From positions 576,001-640,000 of the forward strand of contig OZ223264.1 of assembly GCA_965140585.1 (NCBI GenBank): a stretch of DNA of 64,000 bases, written 5' to 3'. The notes beneath the pieces were generated by a model, which ran no database searches, was not told the DNA's origin, and saw only the letters and a list, made by a program, of their open reading frames with translations. Positions 50,908-59,875 of this stretch are shown one piece after another. The first letter of the stretch is position 1. Each line of letters begins with the position of its first letter. Both the position numbers and the translations under genes were made by a program. Source of the DNA: Spirochaetia bacterium (GTDB taxonomy: Bacteria; Spirochaetota; Spirochaetia; UBA9216).

Positions 50908-52746
50908 ATGAAAGGATATATGGGAAAAATTCTTCGTGTCAATTTAACTGATCGGGAAATCAGTCAGGAGATACTCGAAGAAGATGCCGCCTGGCTTTTC
51001 ATAGGCGGATGCGGTCTTGGAACTAAAATTCTGATTGAAGAAACCGGGCCGGAAACGGATCCCTTAGGGCCTGAAAATGTACTTATTTTTGCAACAGGAC
51101 CTCTGAATGGTTCTGCCCTATTTAATTCAGACAGGTTCGATCTTGTCAGTAAATCTCCGCTGACCGGCATATATGCGGAATCAAGTGCTGGAGGATACTG
51201 GGGCAACAAATTTAAACGAACCGGATATGATGCCCTGGTTGTGAAGGGTGCTTCCGATAAACCCGTTTACATCAATATTACAGATGAAAAGGTTGAAATC
51301 AAAGATGCCTCAGGTCTTTGGGGAAAGGATACCTTTGATACTACAGATATGCTGAAAAAGCTCGAAGGAGAATCCGCAAGAGCTGCAGTCATCGGTGAGG
51401 CCGGTGAAAAGCAGGTTCTTATCTCTTGTATAATTACAGACGGACTTCATGGCAGAGCTCTGGGCAGATGCGGACTTGGGGCGGTTATGGGTTCCAAAAT
51501 GCTGAAAGCTGTTGTCGTTAACGGAAACAAGCAGATCGAAATGGATAGTCCGGAACAGATCAGAAATATATCAAAGAAAATGAGCGGAATTATAAAAAAC
51601 GACATGAAGGCTATGAAGGATGCCGGAACGGCAAACGGACTTCAGGCCTCGGAGGAACTTGGGAATCTCCCCATAAAGAACTGGTATCAGGGCAGCTGGC
51701 CGGAGGGAGCCGCAAAGACTACCGGCTATGCACTTTCGGAGACTCTTCTTTCAGGTACGTATAACTGCGGAAGCTGTATGATCAAATGCGGCAGAAAAGT
51801 GATTGCTGCTGGCGGCCGTCATGACGGGAAAGAGGTCGCAGGTCCTGAGTATGAAACAATGGGTCTGCTTGGTGCGAATTTGCTCAATGATGATATCCCT
51901 ACAATTCTAAAAGCTAATGAACTATGCAACAGCTATGGGCTTGATACAATTTCAGCAGGAGGCGTTCTCGGCTTCGCGATGGAAGCCTGGGAAAGAGGCT
52001 TGATAAATGAAAACGATACCGGCGGAATTAAACTGGAATGGGGAAGCCGTGAAGCTATTATTTCCATGCTTGAGCAGATAGGTGAAAATAAATTATTCGG
52101 TGCAGTTCTTGGACAGGGAGTAAAACGGGCATCAGAATCACTCGGGGGAATTGCTTCTGAGTTTGCTGCTGAAGTAAAAGGTCTTGAACCTCCCGCACAT
52201 GACGGCCGGGCAAAATATACAGCAGCAATCGGTATGGCCACCTCTGCACGAGGGGCATGTCATTTATCCGGGTTTGCACATGATTTTGAAGAAGGCGCGG
52301 TTCTTAAGGACCTGGGCTCTCCACCGCTGACTGATCGTTTTACCACTGAAGGAAAGGCCGATAACGTTGTCCGTATGCAGAACCTTATGGGGATGCTGGA
52401 CTCTGCAGTTGCCTGTAAATTCGCCCTGTTCGGAGGATTGACTGTTGATTCGCTAATTGATGCTATAAATGCAGTTACCGGCTGGGATATGGGCCGTGAT
52501 GAATTTTTCAAAACCGGAGAACGAATCTTCAATCTTAAAAGGCTTTATAATATCAGGATGGGAATAAGCAGAAAGGATGACAGACTTCCGGTCAGGATGA
52601 TGAACCATCGGCGAGGCGGCGGTACCGATATGCTTCCTCCCCTGAATATAATGCTTAATGAATATTATCGGCTCAGGGGCTGGGATGAGCTTGGGCTTCC
52701 CTCAATTGAAAAAACAGAAGAACTTGGTTTGTCGGAATACATATAA
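50908..52746 (+). CDS. aor: Tungsten-type aldehyde:ferredoxin oxidoreductase family protein
   Basis: MKGYMGKILRVNLT, KSPLTG, GRCGLGAVMGSK, CxxCxxxC, GPEYET, GLDTIS, RGACH, YYRLRGWD. Confidence 0.92.
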   Translation: MKGYMGKILRVNLTDREISQEILEEDAAWLFIGGCGLGTKILIEETGPETDPLGPENVLIFATGPLNGSALFNSDRFDLVSKSPLTGIYAESSAGGYWGNKFKRTGYDALVVKGASDKPVYINITDEKVEIKDASGLWGKDTFDTTDMLKKLEGESARAAVIGEAGEKQVLISCIITDGLHGRALGRCGLGAVMGSKMLKAVVVNGNKQIEMDSPEQIRNISKKMSGIIKNDMKAMKDAGTANGLQASEELGNLPIKNWYQGSWPEGAAKTTGYALSETLLSGTYNCGSCMIKCGRKVIAAGGRHDGKEVAGPEYETMGLLGANLLNDDIPTILKANELCNSYGLDTISAGGVLGFAMEAWERGLINENDTGGIKLEWGSREAIISMLEQIGENKLFGAVLGQGVKRASESLGGIASEFAAEVKGLEPPAHDGRAKYTAAIGMATSARGACHLSGFAHDFEEGAVLKDLGSPPLTDRFTTEGKADNVVRMQNLMGMLDSAVACKFALFGGLTVDSLIDAINAVTGWDMGRDEFFKTGERIFNLKRLYNIRMGISRKDDRLPVRMMNHRRGGGTDMLPPLNIMLNEYYRLRGWDELGLPSIEKTEELGLSEYI

Positions 52747-52747
52747 T

Positions 52748-53017
52748 ATGCCCTTTGTGTATGTCTCAGGATATCTTGAAAAATATATTAATATTCAGGG
52801 AAAAATTAATATAAAGGGTGATACTGTTCAGCGGGCAATCGAAAATATTTCACAGCTTTATCCGGAGCTTGAACTAAAGCTTTTTCGGAACGGAACCATC
52901 AGCAGGCAGATAATTATCCTTGTCGACGGAACAGATATCCGAAAGCTTGATAATGAAAAAACCGAAATCGGAAAAGATACCATTATCAGGCTTATGCCGT
53001 CACTGGTAGGCGGTTGA
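52748..53017 (+). CDS. MoaD/ThiS-family sulfur carrier
   Basis: C-terminal LVGG; directly follows the AOR gene. Confidence 0.85.
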   Translation: MPFVYVSGYLEKYINIQGKINIKGDTVQRAIENISQLYPELELKLFRNGTISRQIIILVDGTDIRKLDNEKTEIGKDTIIRLMPSLVGG

Positions 53018-53047
53018 AATTAATTTAACAGGTTAGGCAATTTAATT

Positions 53048-53830
53048 ATGCAGAAAAATAAGGGAAATATTAAATACGATTTCAGTGGTAAATATATTGT
53101 TGTTACCGGGGCAACAAAGGGGATCGGCAGAGATATCCTTACATCATTTGCTTCTGCCGGAGCTGTAGTCGGTGCAGTCGGACGTAATGAAAGGGAACTT
53201 GAAGAAGTTGCTGATGAGATTGTGCAGGCAGGTGGTGAGTGTGTGACCTGCAGAGCTGATCTTTGTTTAGCGGAAGATTGTCTGAATATGGCCGATTTTT
53301 TTATAAAGAAATTTCCTCGCATAGATATTCTTGTAAATAATGCAGGAATAAGTTTTCCGGAACGTATAGAAAACATTGATATTGAACACTGGGACACTAC
53401 CCTGAATGTTAATCTGCGTGCTCCGATGATTCTTACACGGGAATTCAGCCGGGGGATGATCGAGCGAAAAGCTGGAGTAATAATTAACGTCTCAAGTAAT
53501 GCATGCATAGCCGGAATTAATGAACATTCGGCATACTGTGCCAGCAAGTTTGGACTAAACGGTTTGACAAAGGTTATGGCAGTTGAGCTTGGGCCGTATA
53601 ATATACGGGTGAATGCAATAGCCCCCACTGTAGTGCTGACTCCTATGGGGACACAGGTTTGGGGTGATGCAGCGAAGGCTGCTCCAGTTAAGGCGAAAAT
53701 ACCGCTCGGACGTTTTGTATATCCGAAAGAAGTTTCTTCTATTGTTATGTTTCTGGCGTCTGATGAAGCTTCAATGATTCATGGTGAAACAGTACTAATT
53801 GACGGCGGTGCGAATGCAAAATTATATTAA
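53048..53830 (+). CDS. Short-chain dehydrogenase (L-xylulose reductase/threitol dehydrogenase-like)
   Basis: TGATKGIG, NNAG, YCASK, APTVVLTPMGTQVWGD...IPLGRF. Confidence 0.85.
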   Translation: MQKNKGNIKYDFSGKYIVVTGATKGIGRDILTSFASAGAVVGAVGRNERELEEVADEIVQAGGECVTCRADLCLAEDCLNMADFFIKKFPRIDILVNNAGISFPERIENIDIEHWDTTLNVNLRAPMILTREFSRGMIERKAGVIINVSSNACIAGINEHSAYCASKFGLNGLTKVMAVELGPYNIRVNAIAPTVVLTPMGTQVWGDAAKAAPVKAKIPLGRFVYPKEVSSIVMFLASDEASMIHGETVLIDGGANAKLY

Positions 53831-53880
53831 TCTCTGAGATTAAACTTTTTTACTTTTGAAATGTAACAGTCCGTCTTTCG

Positions 53881-54333
53881 CTATTTAAAAAATCCATCCA
53901 GCCACCAGAAAAGACCGTCCCATAAATCTGATAGATGAAAATTCGGGAATATATTTATTCCTAACGCCGACTTCAGAAAATACAGAAGCAGCAGGCCCAG
54001 CAGGATAAAGGGTGAAACAATAAATATGATAAATACCGCATCACTGAAGCGGGCTGCAGCCTGACGTCTGTCCTGTTCGGCATTCAGAGTTTTCTGACGT
54101 GTGTCCCGTCCGAAGTGAAATACGAAATAATACTTTTTGAAGAACAGTGGAATTACCCCGCGCAGATCAATTGTATGTTTTCGGCCCTTGCTGCCCGAGT
54201 GAATTGCCTCCAGAACTGCTATGGTCTGTTCTTTACTCAGACTTTTTCGAACCTCAGGATCAAGGCGTTTCCATATATGGTTTGTAAAAGGATCGGACTG
54301 TAACTGCGCGATTGTACTCATTAATTTCTCCAA
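53881..54333 (-). CDS. Small hypothetical membrane protein
   Basis: HTIDLRGVIPLFFKKYYF, C-terminal TM ending YFLKSALGINIFP. Confidence 0.65.
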   Translation of the reverse strand: MEKLMSTIAQLQSDPFTNHIWKRLDPEVRKSLSKEQTIAVLEAIHSGSKGRKHTIDLRGVIPLFFKKYYFVFHFGRDTRQKTLNAEQDRRQAAARFSDAVFIIFIVSPFILLGLLLLYFLKSALGINIFPNFHLSDLWDGLFWWLDGFFK

Positions 54334-54406
54334 AATATTCTATAGGGACAAAGAATATTAGGAAAAGTTGGAGCTGCTGTCAATTGTTTAAAACATGGGA
54401 TATGGA

Positions 54407-54946
54407 TCAGATTCTATTCCATCTAAACTGGTTAATCCTGAATATATTTTCTTGAAAGTCATCGATTGTTTTCCTTTGAAAGGGAGGGTAGAGCAGTTTA
54501 TCTCGCAGCTCATCATCACTTTTAAAATTGAAACATGTTTAACTGCCGTTACAGCCCTGTTATGGCTGTTTGTATCGGTATTGAAAAATATCTGCTGGAA
54601 CCCATTGGATTTATTATGCTTGAGGTATATGAACTGTATCATTTTCTTTTGTGAATCAATTTGAGTAACTTTAAATGCCGCCGCTATAGACTGTTGTCAG
54701 CCAGGTATTAAGGTAGCTCATCCATACCCTGTCGATTGATTCATAAACATTATGAGTCTGCTCGATTATCTTGTAATCAGACCGGCTGCAGTCGCTTAGT
54801 TTATAATTTTGAAAATCTGTTCCATTGGTATCAATATATTCAGAAACCTGTTCCGGGATAACAGTTTTAGAATCTTTAACAGTAGCGCACGAAGAGAAAA
54901 ATACTGAAAGAGTAATAAGGCAGACGATTAACTTAGCGGGGGGCAT
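54407..54946 (-). pseudogene. Disrupted paralog of the 47994-48671 lipoprotein
   Basis: Lipobox FSSC; internal deletion near 54675 and a frameshift near 54525; pieces KVTQIDSQKKMIQFIY...NGFQQIFF and LYPPFQRKTIDDFQENIFRINQ match the intact copy. Confidence 0.78.
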
Positions 54947-55042
54947 AAAAAAATAGCTCCTGACGCAGGATTATGATTTTTGTTTATAAAATTCTTGGTT
55001 GAGAATACTGTAAACTTTAAAGCGGTAAATCAGTTTGATAAG

Positions 55043-55062
55043 TCTCCCGGTTTTCCGGGAGA
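55043..55062 (-). terminator. Hairpin downstream of the ALDH gene
   Basis: TCTCCCGG-TTTT-CCGGGAGA. Confidence 0.5.
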
Positions 55063-55105
55063 TTAGAAGCGGAATAGTTATTCAATTATTATTACGCTGT
55101 CTTAT

Positions 55106-56563
55106 TTAGATATACTTAACATAATTGACTCTAAAATTGGTAAAGAAATCACGGTTTGTTTTTCCCTTTGAAAAGGGTCCGAGCCCGGAATTTTTTACAC
55201 CGCCAAACGGCATGGTTCCGTCCGTTACCGTTCCATGGTTTGTATGTGTCATGCCTGTTTCCATTTCTCTCTGGAACTTATCAATATGCGAGAGAGAATC
55301 TGAGAATAAAGATGCTGAAAGTCCGTATTCGGTATCATTGGCAATCTTCATGGCCTCGTCAAATGAGTTTACACGTATAGTGACAAGTACAGGACCGAAT
55401 ATTTCTTCTCTGGCAGCAGCCATGTCTGGGCTTACATTGCTGAGAAGGGTCGGTTCGATGTAGAAGCCCCTGTCAAAGATTCCGCCTTTAAGCTGACGAC
55501 CTCCGGCTTTTATTTCCGCTCCTGCATCAACTGCACCGCTGATATAATCCATTATCTTTTCTCCGGCACTTCTGCTGATTATGGGTCCAAGGCTTACATC
55601 CGGATCAAGACCATTTCCAAGTTTATAATTTTTCATTTTTTCTGCAATAAGAGCTTCTAGTCTGTCGGCATCTTTCTCCATTACAATTACCCGGCTTATG
55701 GATGTACACCTCTGACCTGAGAGAGCGAAGGCCGAACTTGTTATCTGGGCGGCTGCGTTTTCCAGGTTTAAGCAGTCTGCTACTATGGCCGGATTCTTTC
55801 CTCCCATTTCAAGCTGTATCTTTGTGAAGTTAGCAGCAGCCTGGGTGTTAATGCCTCTTCCTACAGCCGTCGAACCGGTGAATGATATTCCCTTTACCCG
55901 CGGATCTGAAGCAATTGCATCACCGACAACCTTCCCGCTGCCGAGTACCAGGTTGAAAACCCCTGAGGGCAGTCCGGCTTTTTCAAACAGTTCGGCAATG
56001 ATGACACCTGATAGCGGTGTTGCACTTGCGGGTTTTAGAACAACTGTGTTGCCTGTAACAAGAGCCGGGATTACTTTTCTCAGAGGTGTAAGGAAGGGGA
56101 AGTTCCATGGTGTTATTGTAGCTACCACTCCAAGGGGAACCCTAACTGCTACGCTTGATACACCTGGTCTGCTGCTCGGCATTGTAATCCCTTCCAGTCT
56201 CTGGCCTTCACCTATAAAATAACCTACTTCCTCAATACCCCTGTCCGGTTCTGCAAGCGCCTCTTTCAGAATCTTACCTGCTTCACGGCACACGGCTTCG
56301 CCGATTCGGTCTCTGTCTTCAGCCATAACTTCAAGAAACCTTGACATGTAAACAGAACGTGCTGCCGGTGATAGGTTCTTCCATTCTGAGAAAGCCTTCT
56401 CTGCACTTCCTATTGCAGCTTTCACATCCTCAACATCGGACAGGGGGTACAGGCCCAGACTTTCCTGATTATCCGCCGGATTGAAATTTTCGTAAAAATC
56501 CCCGGTGCCGGGTTCTTTCCATTCTCCATTTATATAATTCAGATATTTTCTCTTCTCAGCCAT
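55106..56563 (-). CDS. NAD(P)-dependent aldehyde dehydrogenase (KGSADH/YcbD-like)
   Basis: ITPWNFP, FTGSTAVG, LEMGGKNP, GQRCT, EEIFGP; GGAGG SD before ATG 56563. Confidence 0.92.
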   Translation of the reverse strand: MAEKRKYLNYINGEWKEPGTGDFYENFNPADNQESLGLYPLSDVEDVKAAIGSAEKAFSEWKNLSPAARSVYMSRFLEVMAEDRDRIGEAVCREAGKILKEALAEPDRGIEEVGYFIGEGQRLEGITMPSSRPGVSSVAVRVPLGVVATITPWNFPFLTPLRKVIPALVTGNTVVLKPASATPLSGVIIAELFEKAGLPSGVFNLVLGSGKVVGDAIASDPRVKGISFTGSTAVGRGINTQAAANFTKIQLEMGGKNPAIVADCLNLENAAAQITSSAFALSGQRCTSISRVIVMEKDADRLEALIAEKMKNYKLGNGLDPDVSLGPIISRSAGEKIMDYISGAVDAGAEIKAGGRQLKGGIFDRGFYIEPTLLSNVSPDMAAAREEIFGPVLVTIRVNSFDEAMKIANDTEYGLSASLFSDSLSHIDKFQREMETGMTHTNHGTVTDGTMPFGGVKNSGLGPFSKGKTNRDFFTNFRVNYVKYI

Positions 56564-56649
56564 TGAATCCTCCATTCTGATAATTTCATTATTGATGATA
56601 GGATAATAAAATTAAATATAGTTGTAAAATATTAAATATTTATATTATT

Positions 56650-56664
56650 ATAGAAAATAACTAT
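56650..56664. promoter_or_regulatory. LysR-type binding box
   Basis: ATAG-N7-CTAT (T-N11-A) in the divergent ALDH/LysR intergenic region. Confidence 0.6.
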
Positions 56665-56677
56665 AAGGAGCCTATCT

Positions 56678-57556
56678 TTGGAAATTCGTCAGCTGGAATA
56701 TTTCCGGGAAGTCTGCAGGCATGAAAATATTACAAGGGCCTGTGAGGTTCTGCATGTTTCGCAGCCCTCAGTCACAGTCAGTATCAAGCGGCTTGAATCG
56801 GAGCTTGGTGTCGAACTTTTTCATCGTATTAATAAACGGCTTTTTCTGACAGAAGAGGGGCGGCAGATGCTTATTCAGGCTGAGCGGATCCTTTCTCTGA
56901 TTGAAGATACAAAAAATATGATGCTTGATTTTCAGGATGAACCTCAAGGGTGTCTGCGTATCGGCATTACCCCCATGATGAGTGTTCTGTTTACTTCAAA
57001 TCTTGCCAAATTTCAGCGTAATTATCCACGTGTTGAGATAGAAGTTATTGAAGAAGGCTCCCTTTCAGTTTCGGCCCTAATCGAAAAGGGTGAGCTGGAT
57101 CTGGGAGTAATAATCAGTAAAAACCTGTCCTCATGTCTTGCTCATCAGCCCATCTGCCGGGGAAGCATTGTTGCCTGCCTTCCGAAAACTCACAGGTTTG
57201 CAGACAAAAAGGAAGTATCTCTAAACGATTTGAAAAACGATCCCTTTATCCTTTTTCATGAGGATACCTACACCCGACAGCTGATTATGAGTGAATGCAC
57301 AAAGCTGAACTTCACCCCTAAGGTTGTATTCTCTTCAAGCCAGATTGATACTGTTAAGGGTCTTGTTAAAGAAAGTATGGGGGTCAGCTTCTTCTTCAAT
57401 GATCTGGCCGAGAGGCTTGATTCAGTAGCCATAATTCCCCTTGCCGAGCAGCTGGAACTTGAAGCCGGTGCAGTGTGGAATAAAGAGAAGTACCTTTCAA
57501 GCGCTGCAAAAAAGCTGATTGAACTATTGTCTCCCGAAAGGAGTACCACTGCTTGA
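56678..57556 (+). CDS. LysR family transcriptional regulator
   Basis: IRQLEYF...LHVSQPSVTVSIKRLESELGVELF. Confidence 0.93.
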   Translation: MEIRQLEYFREVCRHENITRACEVLHVSQPSVTVSIKRLESELGVELFHRINKRLFLTEEGRQMLIQAERILSLIEDTKNMMLDFQDEPQGCLRIGITPMMSVLFTSNLAKFQRNYPRVEIEVIEEGSLSVSALIEKGELDLGVIISKNLSSCLAHQPICRGSIVACLPKTHRFADKKEVSLNDLKNDPFILFHEDTYTRQLIMSECTKLNFTPKVVFSSSQIDTVKGLVKESMGVSFFFNDLAERLDSVAIIPLAEQLELEAGAVWNKEKYLSSAAKKLIELLSPERSTTA

Positions 57557-57644
57557 CTGAGTGCTGATTGGAAGAGATGTAGAAATATTTCATGGCAGCA
57601 TCGTGAATATTTATGGAGAAAATCGATGATAAAATTATTTCTTT

Positions 57645-59132
57645 ATGCTTTTCTTTTTAATTTCGGTTATTATGAATACAATGCACCTGAAAACCGGCAA
57701 AATCACAATGATAGTACTTACAGTACTAATCTCCTGCGCTTTTTTAGTATCGAGTCTCGTTTCATTTCAGACTGCAAGGAACAGTCTGCGCAGTGAGATT
57801 CGGAATTCCTCACTGCCGCTGTTAAGTGAGAATATATACTCGGAGCTCCATAAAGCATTGGCAGAGCCTATAAATGTATCATCCTCAATGGCAGAGGATT
57901 CCTTTTTAATCAACTGGGTGACTGCAGGAGAGGAAGAGCCCGATAAAATCAATCTTTATCTCAATAAACTCAAACAAAGGTACGGATTTTTTTCCACCTT
58001 CTTTATTTCAGAAGTCTCCCGGAATTATTATTATTACAACGGTGTCCTTAAGCAAATTTCGCCGCTGGATAAGCATGATGTATGGTATTACGATTTTAAG
58101 GAAAGCGGAAAAGATATGGACCTGGATGTTGACACCAATGAGGCCGACAACGGCAGTCTTACCGTTTTTATAAATTACCGGCTTAAGGGTTTTGACGGAA
58201 GATTTCTCGGCGTTGTAGGGGTAGGGATAAAACTTGAAAAGGTTGCAGAGTTTTTAAACCAGAAACAGACCAAATATAACAGAGATATCTACCTGGTAGA
58301 TGAAAACGGATATATTCAGGTACATTCAGATCTGAGTCTTATTGAAAAATCAAATATTTATACAAGAGAAGGAATCGCTCTGGTTGCAGAGGAGCTGATG
58401 GGTATGACTGACTCGCCTATCGACAGTATATATAATGAAAGCGGACAGACAGTACTTGTAAGTTCCCGCTACATCCCCGAAATGGGATGGCATGTAATTG
58501 TGGAGCAGAACGAGAGCTCATCATATTTTCAGGCCAGAAAAAGTCTTTATGTAAATCTTCTGATAACAGCACTCATCGCAGTGGTTCTGTTCACGGCCAG
58601 CTATATGATATTGAAAAGCTTTCAGTCGCAGATGGAGAATATAGCGGGGACAGATTCGCTGACAAGCATAGCGAACAGGCGGGAGCTTTCCAGACAGTTT
58701 GAACAGCTTAAGTACCGGACGGTCAGATATGGAACGAAGATGAGTCTGATACTGATCGATCTTGATAATTTCAAGATGATAAACGACGGATACGGTCACC
58801 TTGCAGGTGATAATATACTTAAGGAACTTTCATCCATGATAGCAAAGTCTCTCAGGCCTGTGGACACTGTTGCCAGATGGGGCGGTGATGAATTTGTAAT
58901 CCTGATAGAAGCCTCGTCCGATGAAGCTATGGGGCTTGGAGAACGGCTGAGATATTCATATTGTGAGACCATAGGGCAGATGATGAATGGACGGGTAGGC
59001 GAAATCCTTTCCATGAGCATGGGTGTGACAGAATACAGAGAGAATGAAGATTTCGACACCTTGATTAAAAGAGCTGATGAAGCACTTTATAAATCAAAGC
59101 TTAACGGAAAAGACAGGATAAGCTGTATTTAA
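57645..59132 (+). CDS. Cache-domain membrane diguanylate cyclase
   Basis: TM-Cache-TM; DLDNFKMINDGYGH; RPVD I-site; intact GGDEF. Confidence 0.92.
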   Translation: MLFFLISVIMNTMHLKTGKITMIVLTVLISCAFLVSSLVSFQTARNSLRSEIRNSSLPLLSENIYSELHKALAEPINVSSSMAEDSFLINWVTAGEEEPDKINLYLNKLKQRYGFFSTFFISEVSRNYYYYNGVLKQISPLDKHDVWYYDFKESGKDMDLDVDTNEADNGSLTVFINYRLKGFDGRFLGVVGVGIKLEKVAEFLNQKQTKYNRDIYLVDENGYIQVHSDLSLIEKSNIYTREGIALVAEELMGMTDSPIDSIYNESGQTVLVSSRYIPEMGWHVIVEQNESSSYFQARKSLYVNLLITALIAVVLFTASYMILKSFQSQMENIAGTDSLTSIANRRELSRQFEQLKYRTVRYGTKMSLILIDLDNFKMINDGYGHLAGDNILKELSSMIAKSLRPVDTVARWGGDEFVILIEASSDEAMGLGERLRYSYCETIGQMMNGRVGEILSMSMGVTEYRENEDFDTLIKRADEALYKSKLNGKDRISCI

Positions 59133-59266
59133 ACATCAATTCATTTTAAAAATTAGCATATCCCCTCAACCGGGTATAATTACCTAGATAATTCAAGTAT
59201 ATTTCCTCATTTTAATTTCTTCTTCAGAGAACTAAAGTCAGGTTATCAGTTCTGAAGGAGAGTTGA

Positions 59267-59875
59267 ATGAACAGATTTTTTTCAATTTTAGTTTTTGCTG
59301 CAGTCTGTACAGTTGCAGGCGCACAGGATGATGTAGCAGAATTGCCATCTGCAGAACCTGTGAAATCTATCTTTTCTATAGATACAGGATTTTCTAGCGA
59401 CTGATCAAAGGGATATGGTGTATTTATAAAATCTTCCTCGTATATCGGTGAAGGACCTTTTTATTACGGATTTGGTTCCATATTTGGTGAGTTTATTTCA
59501 AAAAAAGAGAACTTCTTCGAAACCGGATTCTTTTTCGGATACTATCATTTAATAGGGGATACCAGTCTTGATTTGGACCTTTGTCTTGATGTCATAGTGA
59601 CAGCCGGACGTATAGAGCAGGCAACAAACCTTTATCGGGCAGAGGCTCCGGCTATACATCCCGGTATCTCAATTGGTTTTCCGTTGATGTCCAATTTTGA
59701 TACCGCATTAACCTTTGCGCCTGTAATCAGGCCCTATGATGCGGCAACCGGCAATTGGGTTTTTTCAAGGTCTTATATGAATGTCAGCCTGGCTTTAAGA
59801 TTTAAATCGTATATGGACGCTGTAAAACTCCCCTGGAATAAAACTTCAATCATAAAAAAAGGAGCATCAAAATGA
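59267..59875 (+). pseudogene. Secreted/outer-membrane protein with one in-frame TGA
   Basis: GAAGGAG SD, ATG 59267, signal peptide MNRFFSILVFAAVCTVAGAQ; TGA at 59402; the same frame continues into ORF 59573-59875. Confidence 0.72.

Noticed and set aside
27149-59404. Stop-codon reassignment or pyrrolysine/selenocysteine recoding to explain the in-frame stops
   Set aside because: All three stop types occur internally, most of the affected genes also have frameshifts or deletions, all three codons end intact genes normally, and the MttB gene has no amber codon.
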